Made by a program: the position numbers and the translations under genes
Assembly (NCBI GenBank): GCA_964016885.1
Contig: OZ024752.1
Location: forward strand, 43,524,001 to 43,588,000
Origin: Eledone cirrhosa
Lineage: Eukaryota
Direction: 5' to 3'
Length of the DNA: 64,000 bases
Notes under the pieces: generated by a model
Told to the model about the DNA's origin: nothing
The model's database searches: none
The model's input: only the letters and a program-made list of their open reading frames with translations
Part shown: one piece after another, positions 25,214 to 64,000 of the stretch
Layout of the letters: each line of letters opens with the position of its first letter
Numbering within the stretch: the first letter of the stretch is position 1

Positions 25214-25900
25214 TTAACAGTTACAGCAAAAAAATCCTCCTCGTTTCTTTATTACAGCCTTAAGTCTACCAGGCACTGCTTTAACAGCAGCATGCAAGAC
25301 TTCTGGTGGTATTTTATTCCATTCACACTGCAGAGACCTCTTCAAAGCTGCTACAAAACAATGAGATTTAGCACAAACATTGGTCTCCAAGATAGACCAA
25401 ATGATAAAGTCCATTGGGTTGAGGTAGGTCATTCTTTCTTGGATAAGAAATTGTTGCGAAGCCACATCTCCATCCTGCTGGAAGAGATAGGGGCCACTGT
25501 TGAACAATTCTTGGCCCAAATGTTTCACCACAGGCTTGAGAAAGAGTTCTTCATAGCTTGCAGTCTTGATTTTGACTCCTTCAGGAACAAAAACAAGCAT
25601 TTTCCGCAAGAACCCTGTCATTTTGGCTGTTCAACAGTGAACAATTTCTCACATTTCAATGAAGCAAGTCCCTTTTGATAATTTTCTACAAAGATTCTCT
25701 TGAAACTCAGCAGCCATTTTTCTCATGGAGCGTCTTGGACTTCTGTGAACTCCTGACTGACCTCCTGTTCTCGCTTGATCTTGAATTCCTCTAGGGGCTC
25801 AATAGATGAACATTCGCTTCGTTTCCAGCCAATTGAGAAGATTCAAAATTTCTGATGGCGACTTGCCAGCTTGATGTAGCTCAACTACAGCAGATTGTTC
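25214..25900 (-). mobile_element. Tc1/mariner-superfamily (DD37D/maT-like) transposase relic between the convergent GH20 and ATG16L1 3' ends
   Basis: LVFVPEGVKI..YEELFLKP, LFQQDG, LNPMDFIIWSILETNVCAKSH..LKRSLQCEWNKIP, RLKAVIKKRGG; upstream HTH-like AVVELHQAGKSPSEILNLL; frameshifted. Confidence 0.8.
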
Positions 25901-27060
25901 ACATTCGATTCTAATTTTTGACAAAACTATATCTCTTAACTTAAAAATGAGTTCAGAACCTGAATGAAGACAAAAAAAAATCTTTAAAACGATATAAAAT
26001 AAAGATGGCACTTTTTGATGTTAAACTAAGAACTTTTGGGTCACAGATATGTGTTATAATATCCCTCTTAACATTCAAACTGATTCACTCACCTCTTTAT
26101 CTTTCAACATTCCTACTTTATCTCATAACTGAAATCACACATTCAATATTTTGTCCAAAAGAAACTCTCCGTTCAAAAGAAGTAGATTTGATTTCTTTTT
26201 TACCGTTTCTTCCTTCCAAGAATCTAATTTGTCATTATTTTAATAGTTTTTGTTTTTATGATTAACTAAAATAAAGGTTCATTTTGTAACAGCAATGATA
26301 GAAATGTAAATATTTTCATCTCTTGATGTTGATTACCTGTTGAAGGTAGAAATACTGAAACTTGAAAACTTATGTCAACTGAAATAATAGCATATAAGAA
26401 CAAAAGATAAATAACGAAACTCTTTCAATAAAGATAAATCTATGTTTAAGTATACTGTACATAATATATAGTTTTATTGTTTTTTTTCTGTAGAAGTTGA
26501 AATTTATATTAGTTGATAAAATGCAGTATGGGTACTGCCAGGAGTCATTTTATTGAATGATAATTATTATGGTGGGCTAAAAGAAGAGTTTTATATGAGA
26601 GCAAAAAGCTTGAATCAAGTAGTGCAATAAATTTGGCTGATAAAACTGTTTGAAAAGTCAGGAACAATTTGATAAGTTTAGAATGATGCAGCAAATATTA
26701 GAACTCCTGTCATCAGTCCATAAACTTCCCTTGCTGGAAATGATAAAGCATCTTTTAATAAAAGTACCATTTACAACTATGATCTCTCTAAAGATCATTA
26801 GAAATGGTATTAATAAAATATTTAAAATAATTTTTTAATAATATCAATGTTCTGATCATGATCTTTATCTGGGCAATGCTGAAGTTTATCCATCTGACAG
26901 ATTCATACATTCATGAATTGTAATTCATATTGCTGTTTAAGAGCTGACTTGCAAATATGATTTATAAATATTTCATCTTAGCTTACAAGCTAGCAAAATA
27001 TTTCAATTTTTCAGTAGTTCATTCAACATTCTCGTTTGCCTTTAATATTTATGAAGCAAT

Positions 27061-56645
<29,585 letters not shown>

Positions 56646-57664
56646 CACTGTCTCTTATCATGTGGCTAGCTCTGTATGAATTCCACAACTCTTCAAAACG
56701 TTACTGTTAATTTCATCTATTAAAATATTTAATAAATTATTTCGTATTAATATATCGAGTTTATATACATAAATAATGTCGCAAACAATTCGGAAAGTAT
56801 ATAAAGCTTAAAAAAAAAATTGCGAGGGAGAAAGAGAAAGTGGGGAAAAATAACAAAAAAACAACACCACAACCCATGCAACTGAGGTTGAGGGATGAGG
56901 TAGAAGTAAGATATGAGAGAGGGTGAGATTTAGACGAAGGGGAGGTTTGTAATTAGTGAGTGTGTGTCGTTGATAGAGAGAGAGAGTGTGAGAGTGTGTC
57001 TGTCGTTGATAGAGAGAGAAAAGACATGTAAATGATGTGACAAAAAGTAGGGTGGTACCTTGAAATTTCATAAAAAATCGATATAAAGAAAAAAAAATTC
57101 AATTTAAAGTGATACAAATGTCTTCAGTCGTGTATTTTTATTCCTCTAATTAACTCTTAGAAATAGTTTCCATCCTAAAACGAACGTTTTTCAGTTTTAA
57201 AATGTTATCTTTTGTATAATGCCTTTCTTTTATTAATAAATACACCATAGTTTGTAAGTTTTCTTATTTAATATTTTAAAAACAAAACAAATTAATTAAA
57301 AATGCTTTTACATTTTTTTAAATTCTGAATTATATATATATTTATGAATCATTTGCATTTTTGAATGTTTTATTTATATTTAATTATTATTTATAAATAA
57401 ATCTTCTCTACTTTCAGTATTCTGGGGTGTACAGACGGCCCCTAATCCCTTCGCACTTTACCTTACTTTCGCTATTTAGTTTTTATTTCTTATTGTCTCT
57501 CTTGTTTGTATATTTCTTTGCGGTTTTTATATATAATTGTTGCTGAATTATAAATTACTAATTTTATTATTATTATTTTGAAAATAAATCTGTTATATCC
57601 ACACTAAACTAAGAATAAACTGACCTGAGTAGAAATTCGATTTCCTCTTATCTTTCTCCTTTTT

Positions 57665-57698
57665 TTAATATATATATACGTATATATATATATATATA

Positions 57699-57733
<35 letters not shown>

Positions 57734-58950
57734 ATATGCATATATATATGTATATATGCATATATATATATATATATATATAATATGTGCATATATATAT
57801 GTATATATGCACATATATATACATATGTATATATGCACATATATATGTATGTATTTATATATATGCATATATATATATGCATACATATATATATGCATAC
57901 ATATATATCTAAATATGCATACATATATATATATATATATATATATGCATACATATATATATATATGTGTGCATACATATATATACATGACAAAAATACT
58001 TCATTTACACACACACATATATATATATATACCCACACACATTTTATATATCTGTGTATATTATATATAGATATATTAAAAAATACGAAACTATGACAGC
58101 CGACAATTTGCCAAAGTAGTGATAATCTTGTGAAGGGGGAAGGAAGTACCGCTTAGTTGGGGCTCGTGTATGAGTAAGATGTTTACTTCCTACTTGAATT
58201 AAACCCTCGAGGTGAGTAAATATTTATTGGGATCAAACCCCATCTCAACATTTTACTTAATAGAAATATCTTTAACTAATATTTTATATTCATTTCAGTC
58301 TAGGATCTAACTAAACTACATAACTCGCACAGTGGGTCTCCCTGTATTTTTTCTTCGAAATAGTATATATATATATATATATACACACACACAATGTGTG
58401 TGTATATATATATACACACATAATGTGTGTGTATATATTTATATATATATATATATATATACACATTGTGTGTGTGTATATAAATATATATATACATAAT
58501 GTGTGTGTATGTATATACATGATGTGTGTGTGTATATATATAAATATGTGTGTGTATATACATACATATAATGTTTATATATATATTGATTGCACTTTAC
58601 AGTATTTATTTCAATTAATTACTGTAGTGTTTTGAAAAGGACAAACCATTCTCTATTCTATATCATCTGTAATCATATATGTATATTTCCTATGTTTCTC
58701 TCCCAAACCATTCTTAATTCCATTTCTTAAATAATATAGAAATAAATACTTTTTTTCCCCAAATTTACTGAAACGGGGGCAAATATTTAACTTCTGTCTG
58801 GAATGTGTATAGTCTATATATATATATACATACACATATGTATGATGGATATATGTGTGTGTATATATATATATATATATGTATGTATATATATGTGTGT
58901 GTATATATATATGTATAATGTATGTATATATATGTGTGTATGTATATATA

Positions 58951-58981
<31 letters not shown>

Positions 58982-59241
58982 GTATTATGTGTGTATATAT
59001 ATATGTATGTGTGTGTATATATATATGTATATATGTATGTGTATATATATATATAATGTATATATATATGTATGATGTATATATATGTGTGTGTGTGTAT
59101 ATGTATGTGTGTGTTTATATATATATATATGTGCATATATATATGTGTGTGTGTGTGTATATATATATATATGTGTATATATATATATGTCTATATATAT
59201 GTGTATATATATATATATGTGTATATATATATATGTCTATA

Positions 59242-59274
<33 letters not shown>

Positions 59275-59275
59275 T
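57665..59275. repeat. Compound (TA)n/(TG)n/(CA)n microsatellite fields
   Basis: Directly visible blocks at 57665-58060, 58360-58590 and 58810-59275. Confidence 0.9.
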
Positions 59276-59502
59276 ACAGAGTGTATATAGGTGAGAAAAA
59301 TGAAGGGAAAAAATCCTTTATTGTCAATATGAATTCGATTAGAATAATTTAAAATAATATAGCATCTCATTTAAATTGAATTTCCAACATCGTTTATTTC
59401 TAATAAACATCTCACCATTTAAATAATTCTTCTGAGATGAAACTAAATCCTTTCCATTTCTTATCTCTCTCTGCTTCAAGAACAAAGTCACATCATATTT
59501 AA

Positions 59503-59592
59503 TATAGAAATGGCTTCTACAGGACTAGAACTGTTTTCCTGATGATTTCCTTCGAATGAAACTGTTCTAGTCCTGTAGAAGCCATTTCTATA
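59503..59592 (+). ncRNA. Second copy of the hammerhead motif, embedded in a 29-bp inverted repeat
   Basis: TTCCTGATGATTTCCTTCGAATGAAACTGTTCTAGTCCTGTAGAAGCCAT, preceded by the reverse complement of its own 3' half. Confidence 0.5.
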
Positions 59593-60741
59593 CTAAATTT
59601 TGTTGTATACACTCTACTGATGTATTGAACCCGGGACTCGGACTCATATGTATATGTATGTATATATGTATGTATATATAAGAAAGTAGGAATATTTTGT
59701 TTGTGTTATTTGGTTTGAAAGAAGCTAACTGAATCAGTCTTTAACTAATTAGATGAGAGAAAATATTAATTATGTGGTTTTCATCATCTTAAACCTTTTT
59801 TTTTTTTACATTGTCAGTCAGTTTTTCATAATATTGTTTTTCCTCCTCTTATTCAATGTTTCTTCATCTTCCACTGACCAATTTCATGTGATTTGCTCGT
59901 TTCTAATATTTCTCATCTCGTCCAGTCAATTCCTCCTCCCCATCAAACTCTCTCTTTCAAAATCTATATCTATTATTTTCAAGGCGCGAGTACACACGCA
60001 CATGCTATATATATATATATATATATATGAAACTGAGATGTAGGTATGTGTTTAGATATACATACATATACACACAAATATCCTTATATACATACACACA
60101 CATATATATATATATGATTCTTTCATGTTTCTCTAATATTTACATTGGACGTTGAACTGTATATGACGTGTGAACTATATTGTATTGATCTATCTTTACA
60201 TTCATACATACACACACACACACGCACACGACTATTGACTTGATCCGAGAGTGGGAGGGAGTTTCAGTTTCTCCATCTCCATCATTCAATTCAGTCCCCG
60301 ACTTTACGACCACCCATCTTTTTACTCTGTAGTATGGGTCTGGTCTGGTCTGATCAATTGAAACCCGCTCTTCACAGCCACATATGGCTGTTCTGTTCAC
60401 TTGCTACTGTATATATATATAACACTTTGCCCCTTACACGCACACATGTTTACATACAGTCATACAGTGAATGTATGAGTAAATGCATGTGCATCTATCA
60501 CACTCTCGGCACATGCACTTCGAGATTGCACTGTCGCCTACGCGTTTTTGCCTTTTGATAAACCATCCTGTAATACAAATACATATATTGCCTATCACTA
60601 CATTTATCCCTTTATCTTTTCTATTTCTGTTTCCCCCTTATATATTAGCTCCATTTTCCGGATGTCTTCTCTACGTTTCGTCATGAATTTCCTAACCTAT
60701 TTTTTATTCCCCCCCCCCCCTAGTTTCTATTTTAGCTTATT

Positions 60742-60845
<104 letters not shown>

Positions 60846-61778
60846 GAGATCATTAATTAAAAATAACACGCTGGATTCGATCTGACAATGAAATATTTGT
60901 AATGCGAATCCTAACCTGATTTAACTAAATCACGATGTAGTAATGTGTTCTTAATATAGAAACATTTTCTGTTTACTTATAAGATGTAGCTTTTGATTAG
61001 CATATAAATATATAAATGCTGGAGGGGAGGGGGCTGGGTTTTTTTTTATTTTTTCATTTCATTTTTCTTTTCGACGAAAATTTTTGAAGAAATATTAATT
61101 GTAGTTAAATCACAATTGAAATAAAGATCGAAAGATCGACGATGAAAAAAAGGAGGTAGCAAAATTTGTGAAAGTGTGTTTGGATGTGAAGAATTAGGCA
61201 CTCGACACAACAGCTCAGAGCCACATCTCTTCTGCTTTTTGTATGATTCATTTCTCCTTTCTTTCACTTGCTTTGTTTTGTTGCTGATTTCGTCCTCTTA
61301 CTGCATCAATTAGTTATCCTAACCCCTCCCCCTCTCTCTGCGATATATATACTATTATATATATATAATGGATAGATATATATTATATATATATATATTA
61401 ATAGATATATACATACCTAGATACTCATGATGTATATCAGTGTGTGTGTGTGTAAACGATATATATATATATCGTTTACACACACACACACACACACACA
61501 CTATATATATATATATACGTATACGATATATATGTGTGTGTGTGTATATATATATATAGAATCCCGATGTAAATTGAGAGGCGACCACTGTCGGAAAAGG
61601 TACTCAATACGTTAGAGTATAGGTATTTTTTTAATTATAGATCACTTAGGCCTTGTGTCGAAATCAGAAACCATTATAGATGATTTCTCAATAATGAAAC
61701 AGTTCTAGTCCTGTAGAAGTCATTTCTATAATAAAACGAATACACACACACACACTTATGTGTGCATATATGTGTACA

Positions 61779-62630
61779 TACGAGGTTTGTCCAAAAAGCA
61801 AGGGAACTGATTTTCCTATGTACGAGATGGTAACGCAGCACCTTATTGTATGTAGGTGGGTTGCTTATGACCTTGGCTGTACATACATACTTTGTTAAAC
61901 AAATAAACAAAATATGGAAGTGTCGCTTACAGTGATGGCAGAATATCGCAGGTTAAGTGTAAGGATAATTGCAGAAGAAACGGGCTTGGATAGAAATGCA
62001 ATTCACAAATTTCTAACAGACCCTTTGTGCAAAACTAGTGCCCAAATACTTGTCTGTGGAGCAAAATGTGAACTGATTGGAAGTTTGTCAGGATTTGCTA
62101 GACTCGAAATTAAGCCAAATTTCTTTGGTAAAGTAATAACAGGAGATGAATCATGGGTGTTTGAGTACGATCCAGAGACAAAATGGCAAAGTAAAAAGTG
62201 GCACACTAAAAAATTCTCCTTCTCTGAAGAAAGCATGCATGAACAGATAGAGGGTGAAAACGATGATTGTCATTTTCTTTTTTTGACAGCTGTGGTTTTA
62301 TTCAGAAAGAATTTTTAACTCCAGCCAGACAGTTAGTCACATTTTCTACAAAGATATCTTGGAACGGCTTTGAAAACAGGTTCAGCAAATTTGAAAGGAC
62401 ATTGCAGGAGATTGAGTACTGCATCATGTCACTTTCAATTAGAGAATTTCCCACTCTTTCAGATCCTCCCTACACCCCAGATCTAGCTCCATGTGATTTC
62501 TACCTCTGAATTGAAGTTGAAGGATCATCATGTTAGGACTGTGGAAAACAAACAATTGTAAACCTCATGCTAAGGACATTCACAGAAAATGACTCCCAGA
62601 TTAATGGAAAAGACGATGGAACCACTGTTT
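61779..62630 (+). mobile_element. mariner transposase relic
   Basis: TACGAGG... mariner-like terminus, RRLSVRIIAEETGL, VITGDESWVFEYDPETKWQS, PPYTPDLAPCDFYL; frameshifted. Confidence 0.85.
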
Positions 62631-63209
62631 ATGACCTGATGATGGTGAACCCAACACTTTAATCCCTACATGTGTGTGTGTGTGTCTATATATATTAGAG
62701 AGAGAGAGAGATCATCACCATTTTACATTATATATATATATACATGGATAAGATAGAATGATATAAATGTACTCTTTTCATACTCATATATAATCTGTAG
62801 TACACAGCCTTGTTACACATACACACTTCATAAACAAATGTGTTCTAAATATATCTTGGCAGATAATTGCACTAACCTTCATGTACAATGTTACCACACC
62901 CATTATGTGAACTGAGCTCACACACCTTATGCCAGAAGCAAGCACACTTGTGGTGGTGCCAAATGTAGCCAAGCAAATCCATCTAAAGCATTCCAGCATA
63001 AAGTAGTGTCTTTAAACTGATTAAAAATATAACTAAGAAAGCTGTGTATCTGTCTCATGTTTCTATGCATACAAACTTATATATATATATATATAAATTC
63101 TCATCTTCCAGAGAAAAAAGATGTTTATAACAGTTGCGTTGAAGCTTAGTAGTAAGATGCAAAAATAAAAAGAGAATTCCAGAATGGTTTGATTTTGGAT
63201 AGGGCTTAA

Positions 63210-63417
63210 CCCTTTAGCATTCAAACCGGCCATATCAGGCCAAAATTCTCTCACCTCTTTCTGTTCAAACCGGCCATAATTGGCTGCTCATGCTGCCATT
63301 AAGGTATTGTTCTCAAAATGAATAATATCAAAGTCTCATAGATTCGATATTATGTGAGTTAGAGCCTTTACCGTGAAAATACAATAGTAAATATGGAGTA
63401 ATGTAAATGTTAAAGGG
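63210..63417 (+). mobile_element. Same piggyBac-type MITE, complete copy
   Basis: TTAA at 63206-63209 and 63418-63421, CCC...GGG termini. Confidence 0.85.
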
Positions 63418-64000
63418 TTAATTTGGGATAGGACTTAAAGCAGCATCATAGAAATGTTAAATGTGTTCTTTTTCGTGCTTGCATAGGTTGAACACACATC
63501 TATATATATATATATGTGTGTGTGTATATATACAACCTCCCTAGTACTGGTGTTGTGATAAAACACACCCAGTACATTCTGTCAAATACAGGAATATAAG
63601 CATGTTGCAACTCCTGGCCTGTTTGAGTAATCAGTTGCTTGTACTGGGTACTGATTTGGTCTATCCTTTACTTCTACTGGGCACTCACTTGGTCTATCCT
63701 TTGCTAGACTTTAAACTCCACTCACATAGCATTGGTCAACCTAATGTTATTGTAGAAGACATTTGTTTAAGGTGCCATGAAGTGTGAGTAAACTTGAAAC
63801 GATGTGGTTACAAAGTAAATTCCTATTGTTTTGTTTGATTGTTTCATTTCAAGGTTAATAATTCTGGCACATATTTCCTATAACAGAACACTTGAAGCTG
63901 TTGATAAATGTGATATAGTGCATGACAGAAATACTGGTTGACTAAGATCGTAGAATATTCAACAAAATACATCTTTATTTATACAGCAATATAATTAATG

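Overview
AT-rich, intron-rich animal genomic DNA. The dense (TA)n/(CA)n microsatellites, RTE LINEs and tRNA-derived SINEs resemble a cephalopod (octopus-like) genome; this is an inference from composition, not a database match. Three spliced protein-coding genes were reconstructed by hand with phase-consistent GT-AG introns. (1) ACAD9-type mitochondrial acyl-CoA dehydrogenase, minus strand, 10 exons from 14789 down to 2415, continuing off the left edge. (2) A complete 7-exon, ~859-aa bacterial-chitobiase-type GH20 beta-N-acetylhexosaminidase, plus strand 19036-24819, apparently lacking a signal peptide. (3) A complete 17-exon, ~546-aa ATG16L1, minus strand 56645-27061. Introns and intergenic DNA carry two young RTE LINE copies with a PHD finger inside the RT-containing region, CRE-like and RNase H-bearing LINE relics, two Tc1/mariner relics, piggyBac-type TTAA MITEs, SINEs and several minisatellites, including a 2-kb array of a 28-bp unit. 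The most notable unexplained structures are a small repeat family with type I hammerhead-ribozyme cores around the ATG16L1 5' end and several long intronic hairpins, including a 168-bp near-perfect one. Both probably derive from Penelope-like elements.
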